Origin: an uncultured bacterium
GTDB lineage: Bacteria; Poribacteria; WGA-4E; UBA9662
NCBI GenBank assembly: GCA_964451145.1
Contig: CAYVHK010000004.1
Span: 3,844 to 67,843 of the forward strand
Direction: 5' to 3'
DNA: 64,000 bases
Below are positions 40,540 through 51,138 of this stretch, in pieces. The stretch's first letter is position 1. Each line of letters starts with the position of its first letter. A program made the position numbers and the translations under genes. The notes beneath the pieces were generated by a model. That model was given only the letters and a program-made list of their open reading frames with translations. It made no database searches and had not been told where the DNA came from.

Positions 40540-42663
40540 TTGATCGGCCAACATCGGCTATCGCTTCTTTTGTTTTTGATATTGGGCTTTTTAATCTTGG
40601 ATTTGTCCCTAGCGGCTCCGCCCAATCCTTATCTCTTTTTCCCACCTATATCTACTGATAGTTTTACTTCCTTGGACTCTCCGTCCGATCGATCGCTTAA
40701 ACCAGCTCAAGAATCAGAACATGAACGTTTTTTATTAGCCCTTGATGGTTGTTGTTTTCAGCGACATACCGTTACCCTACAATCAGACGGCATTGAATAT
40801 GTTTTAGCAATAAAAATTGACTTTTCAGACCAAGTAGGGTCTCGTAGTGGAGATCAAATTAGCCAATACTTATTCGCAGATCAAGGGGTTTCGCTGAAAA
40901 CCTATTACAGAGAAGTATCTTATGGTCAAATGGATGTTCAACCAGGACCAGCCAAAGGTGTAATTCCCAAAAAGGATCAGTGGGTTCGAGCAAAACATCC
41001 AATGTCATACTATGGAGACGGAAAACACAATGTTGCTCGTTACCGCGAGCTAGTGCGAGAAGCTTGTCAGGGAATTGATGAGATTGTCGACTTTGGCGAA
41101 TACGACCGTGATAAAGATGGTACTGTCGATCACCTTTTTATCATTCATGCTGGAGACGATGAAGCTTCAACATTCACTGGCGCGTTTGGACCAAATATTT
41201 GGTCGGTTCTCGTTCCTAGCATTAATACTATCTTCGATGGTGTAAAACTGGATACCGCTGTTTTGGTCGCCGAAGAACCAAGTTTCAAACATCCACATCT
41301 AGGCATCTATTTCCATGAGTTTTTTCATGATTTTGGCGCTCCTGATGTGTATGGATCACCAATGATTGATGCCCGTGATCACAAGTGGGGTTTGATGGGT
41401 ATGTATGGCCCATATCAAGGCAACATGACTAATGGTCTTGGAGACGGTATGAATCCAAGTCACATCATGGGATATTTAAAGTGGGATTTTGATGCACGCC
41501 CTGAAAATGGTCGCCAAGGTTGGTTGAAACCAAGATTGATTACTGGTAATATGCTGAATTATCCATTGCCATGTATCGAGTTGAGTCCATCTCTACTAAA
41601 AGTGAACGTTTTGGATCGACCAACAGAATTTTTCCTGATGGAAAATCGTTATACTAGGTCCGGGGCCATTTTTGATCGATATCTTCCCGAGTCAGGCCTT
41701 CTAATTTGGCATATTGACGAAAGCCAAATCCGTTCATCTTACAGTGTCGATGCAGGGAAACAAATCTGGTTAGAGGATCCCAGTGACCCGAAGCATATAG
41801 GCTTAAATCCACAAGACCTTAGCCAACAAAACATGAAATATATCTCCGATGGATCAGCCTACTCTGCTGATGATGGTCAAGTATCTTTCATGCCTTCAAC
41901 TAAGCCCAGTAGCCACGCTAACGATGATAAACCAACTGGTATTTCGGTTACAAATATTAGTGAGGAGGGGCCGACTATGTGGATGACCTTCTCTGCGGGA
42001 GATACTTACGAACCTAATAATGATTTTTCTACTGCATTCCCAGTGAAAATCGGACAAATTTATCCTTCTTTTATCTTTTCAGTTGATGATGTTGATTACT
42101 ACCGTTTTGAACCGATCGATTCAACTACTGTTTGGGTTCAATTAACAGACATTCCAATTGACCACGATTATCGATTGCGGCTGTATGACTCTAGGCAATT
42201 TTTGATGGCAGAGGGAGTGGAAATAGATACTACATCATTGATTGGTCAGCAAATCGCCTATCAAGCAAAAGTTGCCCAAGTGTTATACTTAGTTGTTGAT
42301 TCTAAATCCGGATTTAGTCAGCAAATGACTTACCAACTCAGCATTCAGCCGCTGCCTGATCAGACTGGTCAGCTACGCATTTCTCGAGTGAAGTCTTTTC
42401 CTAATCCGGTTAAACCTGGTCAATTTTTAACTGTAACTTATACTCTTTCTGTCTTTCAGATTATGGACCAAGTCACTTGGCAGATATATAATATTGGCGG
42501 AGACTTGGTTTACTCAGATAAACAAACAAAGGTTGTCGGTTCCGGTCGTTTTATGTGGCCTGTTGGTGATACTGCCACTGGTATCTATATCCACTCGATA
42601 CAGGCACAAAGAGATGGTGAATCTCATCAAATCAGTGGTAAAATTGCTGTCGTGAAAGACTAG
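40540..42663 (+). CDS. secreted M6-like (immune-inhibitor-A-like) metalloprotease domain protein with T9SS-type C-terminal domain
   Basis: Signal peptide; HEFFHDFGAPDVYG (HExxH…) zinc site; C-terminal beta-sandwich with SFPNP… CTD-like tail. Confidence 0.6.
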   Translation: MIGQHRLSLLLFLILGFLILDLSLAAPPNPYLFFPPISTDSFTSLDSPSDRSLKPAQESEHERFLLALDGCCFQRHTVTLQSDGIEYVLAIKIDFSDQVGSRSGDQISQYLFADQGVSLKTYYREVSYGQMDVQPGPAKGVIPKKDQWVRAKHPMSYYGDGKHNVARYRELVREACQGIDEIVDFGEYDRDKDGTVDHLFIIHAGDDEASTFTGAFGPNIWSVLVPSINTIFDGVKLDTAVLVAEEPSFKHPHLGIYFHEFFHDFGAPDVYGSPMIDARDHKWGLMGMYGPYQGNMTNGLGDGMNPSHIMGYLKWDFDARPENGRQGWLKPRLITGNMLNYPLPCIELSPSLLKVNVLDRPTEFFLMENRYTRSGAIFDRYLPESGLLIWHIDESQIRSSYSVDAGKQIWLEDPSDPKHIGLNPQDLSQQNMKYISDGSAYSADDGQVSFMPSTKPSSHANDDKPTGISVTNISEEGPTMWMTFSAGDTYEPNNDFSTAFPVKIGQIYPSFIFSVDDVDYYRFEPIDSTTVWVQLTDIPIDHDYRLRLYDSRQFLMAEGVEIDTTSLIGQQIAYQAKVAQVLYLVVDSKSGFSQQMTYQLSIQPLPDQTGQLRISRVKSFPNPVKPGQFLTVTYTLSVFQIMDQVTWQIYNIGGDLVYSDKQTKVVGSGRFMWPVGDTATGIYIHSIQAQRDGESHQISGKIAVVKD

Positions 42664-43517
42664 ATGACTAGTTTCAGCCGTTCTTGATCAGACTCTGAAA
42701 ATCGAGTAGCAATGGTTTGCCTAATGGTAGCTGAATTGTATCGACGGGAAAAGTGAGTCAGCACCACATGTCGACTTTTTAGTTTAGGCATTATTTCGGC
42801 TATTTGGTCTATGTGGAGATGCATGGTATCGATTGCTTTTGGTTGATCTTCGGGTAAGATAAATGTGCATTCAGATATCAGAATCGGCGATTCCATCAGA
42901 AGAGGGTGTGAATCCAAAGGAATAGTATTGGTGTCCCCTAAGTAGACCACCTTAGGTATTTCAACCTTATGAGTTACTACTACACCGGAACTCTTCAGTT
43001 CGGCGATTTCCAGCCCAGCCAGATGATGGAATTCAGGTTTTAGCTTCTTTCGCACCTCGCAAATCAGATAGCCGACTGATGCTACTCGATGAGTCAATGG
43101 AAGAACATAGGCTACCAGGTTGTTCCGAAATTCTATACGGTCATTTGGTCTCACTGGAGTAAGTTGGTAATTCCACAAACTGTTACAGTCCAACTTGGAG
43201 ATCTGGTCTAAAATTTGGCTAATTTGTTCTACTCCGTCGGCCGGGACGAAAATTTTCCCCGGTGATATATTTGCCATCCAACGTTGACTGATATAGATAG
43301 GCAAACCAAAGTAGTGATCTAAATGGAAGTGGGAAATAAAAACATGGTTGGTACCAATAAAATCGATCGGACAACGCCCCAAATCAAAAATGAGATCAAG
43401 TTCCCCTACGCGAAAATAAGTACAGACACCAGAAAGGGATTGTCCCTCGATTGTTAGATCGTCGCATTTCAATTCGAACATATTACCACATAATTGGATA
43501 GGCACATAATGATACAT
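42660..43517 (-). CDS. MBL-fold metallo-hydrolase (RNase Z-like)
   Basis: HFHLDH metal-binding motif, 285 aa. Confidence 0.6.
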   Translation of the reverse strand: MYHYVPIQLCGNMFELKCDDLTIEGQSLSGVCTYFRVGELDLIFDLGRCPIDFIGTNHVFISHFHLDHYFGLPIYISQRWMANISPGKIFVPADGVEQISQILDQISKLDCNSLWNYQLTPVRPNDRIEFRNNLVAYVLPLTHRVASVGYLICEVRKKLKPEFHHLAGLEIAELKSSGVVVTHKVEIPKVVYLGDTNTIPLDSHPLLMESPILISECTFILPEDQPKAIDTMHLHIDQIAEIMPKLKSRHVVLTHFSRRYNSATIRQTIATRFSESDQERLKLVI

Positions 43518-43588
43518 TAGTCTGAATCGGAATGCACACGGATTTTAAAAGTAGCTTGTGAAAATGAAAAACACGGGAGTATGAAAAA

Positions 43589-44449
43589 ATGGAAATAAAG
43601 GTTGGTGTAATCGGTGGGTCTGGTTTTTATCAAATGGATGGTCTAAGTCAGTTGCAGGAGATAACGATTGAGACACCTTTTGGATCGCCTAGCCATGCCA
43701 TTATCGTGGGTGAAATCAACAATCAGTCGGTTGCCTTTCTTCCCCGTCATGGCGTTGGACACCCACTATCTCCTTCAGAAATTAACGTTCGAGCTAACAT
43801 TTATGCGTTGAAAAGTTTGGGGGTGGAATGGCTAATTGGTGTCAGCGCGGTCGGTAGTTTGAGAGAAGAAATCGAACCACGTCATTTTATAATACCAGAC
43901 CAGTTATATGACCATACTAAAAGCCGTACCTCAACCTTCTTCGGGGAAGGTATCGTTGCCCACGTTGGTTTCGCTCATCCCTTTTGCCCTCTTTTGAGTC
44001 AGCTTCTCTACCAGAGTGCTGGAAAAATTGGAGCTACTGTTCACTCTGGAGGTACTTATATATGTATGGAGGGACCAGCCTTTTCGACTTTAGCCGAATC
44101 GAAGCTCTACCGACAATTAGGTTTTGACGTGATTGGTATGACGGCTGCACCGGAAGCTAAACTAGCAAGAGAAGCTGAGATCAGCTATGCAGTTTTGGCT
44201 TGCTCCACTGACTATGATTGTTGGCACGCCGATCACGAAATAGTAACCACAGAAATGATAATACAAAATCTTTTGGCGAATGTTGAGACCGCTAAGCAGA
44301 TTGTTTGTACTGCTATTCAAAATGTACCAGCGAATCGAACAGCCAGCCCCGCTTACAGAGCACTGGAAAAATCGATTGCTACAAATCCCAGTGCAATACC
44401 CTCCGCCACAAAGCAAAAACTAGAACTACTGATCGGTAAATACGTCTAA
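43589..44449 (+). CDS. mtnP: S-methyl-5'-thioadenosine phosphorylase (PNP/MTAP family)
   Basis: IGGSGFY, ...MEGPAFST...IGMT motifs of MTAP-type purine nucleoside phosphorylases. Confidence 0.8.
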   Translation: MEIKVGVIGGSGFYQMDGLSQLQEITIETPFGSPSHAIIVGEINNQSVAFLPRHGVGHPLSPSEINVRANIYALKSLGVEWLIGVSAVGSLREEIEPRHFIIPDQLYDHTKSRTSTFFGEGIVAHVGFAHPFCPLLSQLLYQSAGKIGATVHSGGTYICMEGPAFSTLAESKLYRQLGFDVIGMTAAPEAKLAREAEISYAVLACSTDYDCWHADHEIVTTEMIIQNLLANVETAKQIVCTAIQNVPANRTASPAYRALEKSIATNPSAIPSATKQKLELLIGKYV

Positions 44450-44493
44450 TCCGGTTAGTTGATCTCGTTAATTAATCGAAATTTAGGTTTATC

Positions 44494-47400
44494 ATGCGAA
44501 TTTTTCAATCGGAAGAGAAATTCTCCAACTACTATCAAATTGATTCTTGCTTAGATACTACCGGTAACGGGGCTGTCTACAAAGCTCTCAACACACGGCT
44601 TGGTAATGAGGTTGCACTCAAAGTTTTTCGATCAGAACTATTTCCTAAGCTCGAAGATTACCAAAATTTTGAGCGGAAAGCCCAAGTCTTTGGTCGTCTC
44701 AACCATCCTAACATTGCTCGTTTTTTTCATTATGGTCAATTTGAAGAGTTGCCTTTTATAGCTATGGAGCTAGTGCCAGGTCAATCGTTGGATAAGTATC
44801 TACAGGCTCAGGCACCTTTGTCGCTTCAAACGGCACTTCGGCTAACCACTCATATCTGTACGGCTTTGCAATATGTTAATAAATTTGCTCAAATACCAAA
44901 AACAGTAAAACCTAACAAGGAAGAGACAACTAACGAAATCGATTTGGAAAACCAAAAACTATGCCCATCTAATATTATGGTAATTGAACCAAATCGGAAA
45001 ACAAGCAAGCCTATTATTCGATTAATCGATTTCGGATTAGTGTCTGATAAGTCAGATTCGGTTGATGTTCACGATCGTTACCAAGCTGGATCTGACAACT
45101 TATATACAATAAGTCAATTGTTGCTCGATATGTTGGTTGATCAAATTACACAGCAACAACTTTCAAGTGATTGGTTTGATTTGTCTTCTTTGCCAACTGT
45201 AGAGTTGGAAATAGCTGAATTGGAACCGACAATTAATTGCATTATCCAAATGTGTACGAATCCAGAAGTTGAAGGTGAACTTACGACTTTAGCAGATTGG
45301 CAAACCAAGGTTGGGGAACTACAAGAATCAATCAAATCTATTGAAGACGCTCGCGCCTACCAACAACAAGGTGAATACCGTGCGACAGTTGAGTCTTGGC
45401 AAAAAGCCACCGATCTATTACCAAACAATAAGCCACTTAAGAATTTGAAAAGGCAAGCTGAAATTGAAGAACAAATTGCGCTGGCAGATAGACGGGCTGC
45501 AACGAGCGACTTTGAAGCAGCAGTTCAGTATTGGAAAAATGTTTTGGAATTAGTTCCATCTAACACGAACGCTGATTTCCATCGAGCCACCAGTGAGATT
45601 GGAAGGCTAAAACTCCTAGCTCAAATCAAACCACTTCAACAGGAAATCCAAGATCAGAAGAAAGTGATCCGTCAAATGTCGGCATCACAACAAGAAATTG
45701 ATATTGAACGGGATAATTTTGATCGAGATTTGCTCAGTCGTGAACAACAAATTGATCGCCTACAAGTCGATTTGTCAGCGGCCGATCTTGAGGCTGATTC
45801 CACCAAGCAGGAATGGGAAGAGGAAGTTGAACAATTAACTCAACACCATCAGCAGCAGTTGGAAAAATTAGAAAACCTAATCAAGGGAAAAAGTGGGCAG
45901 ATTGACACTCTGAGGAAGAAAGGTGAGGATTTGATCCAGACCCGTCAGAAATTAACTGATGAATTGGAGAATCTGTTAGCAGAAAAGGAAACTCTGCAAA
46001 ATGAGATGGCAGAGAAAGATATTCAACTTAACCAAAAATATGAGCAAGTGGAAGAACTCACGGCTCAAGTTTCTAATCTTGAACAAATCGAAGCTGATCG
46101 GAACAAAATTATTGAAGAACAAAAAACTAATTTGGAACAGTGGCAAAAAGATGTGGATCAACTACAAATTTTGGTTGAAGAAAGTAAGCTGGAAAAAGAC
46201 AAATTTCAAACCGAAAATTCCAAATTGGAATCTGATAACGAGCAACTGATAGAAGAACGCAATCATATTCAAAAAGACAGGGAGCAGCTGAAAAAACAGA
46301 TACTTGATCAATCTGAACAGCTTGCAAAACAATTGCTTGAGCTAAATGAAATAGGTGAACAAAAACAGGAAACTAAAGCTAATTTGGAATTGCTTGAAAA
46401 AGAACTGGAAGTATTAAAAACTACCCACTTGGCATTGTCAAAAACAGCTGGGGAAAAAGATACACAAATTGAATTATTAGAGAGAAGAAAAAATAGGGAG
46501 AGAGAGGTTTTCCAAAAACTGGAGCAGAACTGGCAACAAGAAGTAAGTTTCTTCGAACAGAATCATGATCGACTTTTGAAAAATCAAATCCAAGCGGAAA
46601 CAGAGAACATCGGCTTTCAACATGAGTGGTCCGAGCTGAAAGAATCTGTTCGTGATTTGAACCAACAGCTAATTCAACATTCAGCGCTATTGGAAACTAA
46701 GGAAGAACAGATAGAGCAGTTTATAGCCGAAAAAACATTTATTGACCAACAGATAGAAGAATTGGAAGAACGATTTCAATTGCAAGCTACTACCTTGTCA
46801 GAAAAAGATAATTTGAATCAAGACCTGATAATCCTGAAAGAACAATTGCAGGCACAAATGAAAGAATTACAGGCCTATATTTCTGATAGTGACAATAAGC
46901 TGGAAGAAAAACAGAAACAGCTCGAACAACTAGAAGAACTGAAATCGACCCTTGAATCTGACTTGTTGCTTTTGGCTAGTGATCGAGATGACATACAACA
47001 AAAATTGGGACAAAAAGAACAAGTACTAGGCCAATCAGAAAAAGAAAATCAGGCGGAAATAGAAGCATTGGAAAATCAAGTCTCTATACTGAAGAAACAA
47101 GTGCTATCAAATGACCAACAGTTACAACAATTGACCGATCACATCAAGGAGAACAATAATAATAACATTGATTTGTTAGATCAACAGCAGGAATTCGAAA
47201 AGAAATTGGAAAATAGAGACAAAAATCTTGTTAGTTTGACAAATGAAAACTCAACGTTAAACCAGCAATTACAAGATACGTTACATAAGAATAGTCAAGC
47301 GCAGGCGGAAATAGAAGCACGGCAAAATCAAATAGAAAAATTAGAAAAAATTATCCCTAGCGAAATAGAAAAAATTTCTACTGAAAAAGAAACCCATCAA

Positions 47401-48141
47401 AAAGCCTTAGAATCTGAATTGCACCAGAGGGATGATGAAATTCAGGTATTAACCCAAGAAAAAGTAGCTTTGTCTAATACAGTCGAAGAACAAAGTCGCA
47501 TGCTGAAAAATGCTGCCAACAAATTTAAGCAACAGCAACAAGCAATTGAAACCTTAAAAAGTACACAGAACAATAAACAGGATAGATCATCAAGTCCACC
47601 TGAATCATCTGATCAACCACAGCAGCAGATCCCCCATCGATCAACCGCCAATGAATACGTTGATCTTGGTATAGCTTATAGAAAAGAGGAAAGATATCAA
47701 GAAGCAATTTTAGCTTATCAGAAAGCTATAGAACTAGACCCGGCTCATGAATGGGCTTATAACAACATCGGATATGCTTACTATTGTGCCCAAGACTACG
47801 AAGCATCGGTCAATGCATATAAACAAGCTATCCAAGTTAGGCCCGATCATGGTTGGGCTTATAATGGGTTAGGACGTGCCTATAATAAGCTAGGCCAATA
47901 TCAGCAGGCAATTGAAGCCTTTTTATCTTCTACTCAAGTTTCTCCCGATAATGCTGAGGCCTTCTACAATTTGGCTAAAGCCTATGCTATTTCCGAGGAA
48001 TACGATTTGGTTTTGTCTTATCTAAATCAAGCCACAGCTCAAGATACAGCTTATGCTACCGCAGCAGCTGATGAACCCCTTTTCGTTGATTTAACCGAAA
48101 AACCAGAATTTCAACAATTAATTGTGCGGGCTGAATCATAA
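44494..48141 (+). CDS. giant Ser/Thr-kinase-like (probable pseudokinase) / long coiled-coil / C-terminal TPR protein
   Basis: Kinase subdomains I-V and DFG present, but catalytic loop reads QKLCPSNIMV (no HRD Asp) after an insertion; ~700 aa heptad-rich coiled coil; C-terminal TPR repeats (AYNNIGYAYY..., AYNGLGRAYN...). Confidence 0.65.
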   Translation: MRIFQSEEKFSNYYQIDSCLDTTGNGAVYKALNTRLGNEVALKVFRSELFPKLEDYQNFERKAQVFGRLNHPNIARFFHYGQFEELPFIAMELVPGQSLDKYLQAQAPLSLQTALRLTTHICTALQYVNKFAQIPKTVKPNKEETTNEIDLENQKLCPSNIMVIEPNRKTSKPIIRLIDFGLVSDKSDSVDVHDRYQAGSDNLYTISQLLLDMLVDQITQQQLSSDWFDLSSLPTVELEIAELEPTINCIIQMCTNPEVEGELTTLADWQTKVGELQESIKSIEDARAYQQQGEYRATVESWQKATDLLPNNKPLKNLKRQAEIEEQIALADRRAATSDFEAAVQYWKNVLELVPSNTNADFHRATSEIGRLKLLAQIKPLQQEIQDQKKVIRQMSASQQEIDIERDNFDRDLLSREQQIDRLQVDLSAADLEADSTKQEWEEEVEQLTQHHQQQLEKLENLIKGKSGQIDTLRKKGEDLIQTRQKLTDELENLLAEKETLQNEMAEKDIQLNQKYEQVEELTAQVSNLEQIEADRNKIIEEQKTNLEQWQKDVDQLQILVEESKLEKDKFQTENSKLESDNEQLIEERNHIQKDREQLKKQILDQSEQLAKQLLELNEIGEQKQETKANLELLEKELEVLKTTHLALSKTAGEKDTQIELLERRKNREREVFQKLEQNWQQEVSFFEQNHDRLLKNQIQAETENIGFQHEWSELKESVRDLNQQLIQHSALLETKEEQIEQFIAEKTFIDQQIEELEERFQLQATTLSEKDNLNQDLIILKEQLQAQMKELQAYISDSDNKLEEKQKQLEQLEELKSTLESDLLLLASDRDDIQQKLGQKEQVLGQSEKENQAEIEALENQVSILKKQVLSNDQQLQQLTDHIKENNNNNIDLLDQQQEFEKKLENRDKNLVSLTNENSTLNQQLQDTLHKNSQAQAEIEARQNQIEKLEKIIPSEIEKISTEKETHQKALESELHQRDDEIQVLTQEKVALSNTVEEQSRMLKNAANKFKQQQQAIETLKSTQNNKQDRSSSPPESSDQPQQQIPHRSTANEYVDLGIAYRKEERYQEAILAYQKAIELDPAHEWAYNNIGYAYYCAQDYEASVNAYKQAIQVRPDHGWAYNGLGRAYNKLGQYQQAIEAFLSSTQVSPDNAEAFYNLAKAYAISEEYDLVLSYLNQATAQDTAYATAAADEPLFVDLTEKPEFQQLIVRAES

Positions 48142-48186
48142 TCATATGAATAGAAATATAATTCAAAATCTAGGAGTAAAGAACTA

Positions 48187-49017
48187 ATGAGTTTTTTTTA
48201 TTGTCTTAATACTAGTACCATTCGTCACCCAGAAACCTCAATCATGTCGGCGATCGATATTGCAGCTGATGCTGGTTATGATGGTATCGAACCTTGGGTA
48301 AACGAAATTGATGAATGGATATCCACCGGTGGCCTATTGTCTGATTTACGAAAAAAAACAGCCGATCGCGGTCTAAAAATTGTAAATTTAATTGCCTTCT
48401 TTGAATGGTCTGTGCCGGAAGATGACCAACGCCAAAAAGGTTTGAACGAGGCTCGTCGTTGTTTTGAGATGGCGGATGAATTAAATTGCTCATTTGTAGC
48501 TGCATCACCTTTTGGTATTCAAAACCGGAAAGTTGATCTCTTGGCAGTAGCACAACGTTACGCTGAATTGACTAAGGTAATTGCCGATTTTCAAGCCGAA
48601 CCTTTGTTGGAATTTTGGGGAATCGCGCAAACATTAGGGACAATGGGTGAAGCATTGTTAGTTGCGGCTGAATCCGGTCACTCCAACACTCAATTGCTAG
48701 CGGATGTTTATCACATGTACAAAGGAAGTGGACACTTACATGGACTCGATTATCTTCCACCTAATAAACTCGGATTAGTACACGTTAACGACTATCCTGA
48801 GCAACCAAGTCGGGATATCGTGACAGATGCTGATCGTGTCTATCCTGGAGATGGTTTAGCCCCCTGGTCTCAAATTGTTTCCAGTTTGAAAAATGTTGGT
48901 TATGAAGGCATGCTGTCCTTGGAATTATTTAACCAAAGTTATTGGAATAAGGGCTCGGTTGCTGTAGCTCAAGAAGGATTATCGAAGTTAAAGGCCTGTA
49001 TTGAGTCAGCTGACTAA
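48187..49017 (+). CDS. sugar phosphate isomerase/epimerase (xylose isomerase-like TIM barrel)
   Basis: 276 aa (true start possibly ATG 48241); TIM-barrel AP-endo-2 family pattern. Confidence 0.6.
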   Translation: MSFFYCLNTSTIRHPETSIMSAIDIAADAGYDGIEPWVNEIDEWISTGGLLSDLRKKTADRGLKIVNLIAFFEWSVPEDDQRQKGLNEARRCFEMADELNCSFVAASPFGIQNRKVDLLAVAQRYAELTKVIADFQAEPLLEFWGIAQTLGTMGEALLVAAESGHSNTQLLADVYHMYKGSGHLHGLDYLPPNKLGLVHVNDYPEQPSRDIVTDADRVYPGDGLAPWSQIVSSLKNVGYEGMLSLELFNQSYWNKGSVAVAQEGLSKLKACIESAD

Positions 49018-49069
49018 AGTCTAAGGATTTGTTGACAAACCGTTTCGACTATAAGACAATAGTTGTAAG

Positions 49070-50290
49070 ATGAATGCTCTAAATCAATTAGTTATGACTT
49101 CCCAAAAATTGCTCGCGAAACGATTTTGTATTCTCCTTCTATTAATAATAAGTTCTATCTTCTATCCGGTTTCATTGGCAAAAACCCGGCAAGAACAAGC
49201 TGATATTTCGTATCTGGATCGTGGTATTATGCTTATGTTCCAAGGCCAAACAGAAAATGGGATAGATGAATTAGAACGGGCTGTCGCTCTAGGAACTGAC
49301 CAACCGGGTGCCTACTATTATCTCAGCATGGGATATTCTGAAAAGGAATTGTGGAATGGTGTAGTGGAGACGACGGGGTTGATGCTTTCTCTATTGACTG
49401 ATGATATTGAAGCATTGTACTCAAAAGGTCGTGCACACTTTAATTTGGGCGAGTGGGAATTAGCTTATGAGTCCCTGAAACAAGTTATTAATCAAGATCC
49501 TTTTCATGTTCGAGCTTTAAAAATGTTGGGTAAGACTCAAATCAAACAACAAGACTTCGTGGAAGCTGTCAAATCTTTGACTGTTGCCTCTGAGTTAAAC
49601 CCAGCTTCGACTGTGGTCTGGTACAATTTAGGTATGGCGTATCTCAATCAGCGTCAATATGAAACGGCGATTAAACATTTAGAAAGAGCAATTCAGTTAG
49701 CTCCAAGTTTCCCTCAACCTCATCATGGTTTAGGTACCGCCCTTCTACGTTTAGGTAAACGAAAAGAAGGACAAGCGGCAATGGTCCAATTTCAGCATCT
49801 GCAAAAGATGACTGCTGAACACGAGCGTTTGTCCCGTTTAACACAAGGAAATCCAGAAGATGTAGAAGCATGGTCGGGTTTAGCAAATTTGTCCATGGAA
49901 AGCCAAAACTATCCTTTTGCTGTCAGAGCTTTTGAGCAATGCGTGTTGTTGGAACCAACAAATGCTACACACCATCTTGGTTTGAGTCGTGCCTTTATGC
50001 AGTTAAGTCTTCTTAGACCAGCCCGAGAGTCTCTGTTTAAAGCTATTCAGATACAGCCGGACGAACCTATTTTATACAACACACTTGGTTCAACCTATGC
50101 CATGCAAGTCGAAACTCCCCAAGCGCTTGCTGCTTTTCGGAGAGCCGTCGAATTAAATCCAACCGAACCATACTATCATCTGAATTTGGCAAGACTATAT
50201 CAACAAATGGGAGATGAAAAATTGGCTGAACAGCACTTTCGCGCTTATGAAGACTTACAAGGTGCCAGCATCGATCGGAGACCAGAATGA
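49070..50290 (+). CDS. TPR-repeat protein with N-terminal membrane anchor
   Basis: 406 aa; multiple TPR units; stop overlaps next start (ATGA). Confidence 0.6.
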   Translation: MNALNQLVMTSQKLLAKRFCILLLLIISSIFYPVSLAKTRQEQADISYLDRGIMLMFQGQTENGIDELERAVALGTDQPGAYYYLSMGYSEKELWNGVVETTGLMLSLLTDDIEALYSKGRAHFNLGEWELAYESLKQVINQDPFHVRALKMLGKTQIKQQDFVEAVKSLTVASELNPASTVVWYNLGMAYLNQRQYETAIKHLERAIQLAPSFPQPHHGLGTALLRLGKRKEGQAAMVQFQHLQKMTAEHERLSRLTQGNPEDVEAWSGLANLSMESQNYPFAVRAFEQCVLLEPTNATHHLGLSRAFMQLSLLRPARESLFKAIQIQPDEPILYNTLGSTYAMQVETPQALAAFRRAVELNPTEPYYHLNLARLYQQMGDEKLAEQHFRAYEDLQGASIDRRPE

Positions 50291-51132
50291 GGCCATGGCA
50301 ATCATTTAGCCTGATCTGCTGTATCGTTTTCGGTTTCCCACTAGTTATTGGAGAAGAACAGAAGTTAGATGTTCGATCTCCGGATCTGGAAAAATCTGAC
50401 TTTGTCAAGATCCCAGCTGGCTGGTTTACCATGGGACATGATCAACGAGCTCCCGATCAAAAACCAGCTCATCGTGTCTATTTAGACGCTTTTGAAATTG
50501 ATCGATTTGAGGTATCTAATCAGAGATATTATCAATTTTGGAAATCTACTAAATCCCACACTCCACAAAACTTACCACATAATATGGGGAATTGGCCCGA
50601 GCGAGCCTTGAAGCGTCCTAATGAACCTGTTGTCGGTGTTTCCTGGATGGATGCTGAAGCTTTTGCTAAGTGGGGTGGTGGTCGATTGCCTACCGAAGCT
50701 GAATGGGAAAAGGCTGCTGCTGGCCCAGTCGATCGACTTTGGCCTTGGGGTAGTAACCCAACCACTAAGGGACCGATATTTGCGCTAGCTAATAGTTGGA
50801 ATGGTAATGATCAATACGATAACGGTTTAGCTCCAGTGGGTTCCTATCCGCAAGGAAAGAGCTACTATGGTGCGTTGGATATGGCCGGTAATGTTTGGGA
50901 ATGGACAAGCGACTGGTACAGCGAGGTTTATTATGCTTACTCAGCCAAACATAATCCGACTGGACCTGCCAACGGAAGTTGGCGAGTGATTCGGGGTGGT
51001 GCTTGGATCGATAATCTCAACCGTTGTACTACTACTATGCGGCTCCACTTATACCCACAATTAAAGTTATCCTTCGTTGGTTTTAGGGTTGTACGACCGT
51101 TGGATACGAATTTGACTACTGAAGCTGAATAG
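50287..51132 (+). CDS. secreted FGE-sulfatase-domain (formylglycine-generating-enzyme fold) protein
   Basis: ...RLPTEAEWEKAA...GNVWEWTSDWY...RVIRGGAW...GFRVV; N-terminal signal/anchor. Confidence 0.75.
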   Translation: MRPWQSFSLICCIVFGFPLVIGEEQKLDVRSPDLEKSDFVKIPAGWFTMGHDQRAPDQKPAHRVYLDAFEIDRFEVSNQRYYQFWKSTKSHTPQNLPHNMGNWPERALKRPNEPVVGVSWMDAEAFAKWGGGRLPTEAEWEKAAAGPVDRLWPWGSNPTTKGPIFALANSWNGNDQYDNGLAPVGSYPQGKSYYGALDMAGNVWEWTSDWYSEVYYAYSAKHNPTGPANGSWRVIRGGAWIDNLNRCTTTMRLHLYPQLKLSFVGFRVVRPLDTNLTTEAE

Positions 51133-51138
51133 TAGTAA

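Noticed and set aside
40229-40645. 138-aa ORF in the six-frame track upstream of the FmdB zinc ribbon
   Set aside because: The N-terminal 70 aa are read-through of intergenic DNA and overlap the divergent M6 protease start. The conserved FmdB protein begins at MPLYEY (40438).
45300-47600. Internal nucleotide repeats in the giant coiled-coil gene (e.g. …CAGGCGGAAATAGAAGCA…)
   Set aside because: They reflect repeated heptad/EIEA(L/R)(E/Q)NQ peptide units and are not spacer-repeat structured.
49033-49064. TTGACA…GACAAT promoter-like motif before the TPR gene
   Set aside because: The −10 element is weak (4/6), and an alternative TATAAG has only a 12-nt spacer. The evidence is not good enough to call.
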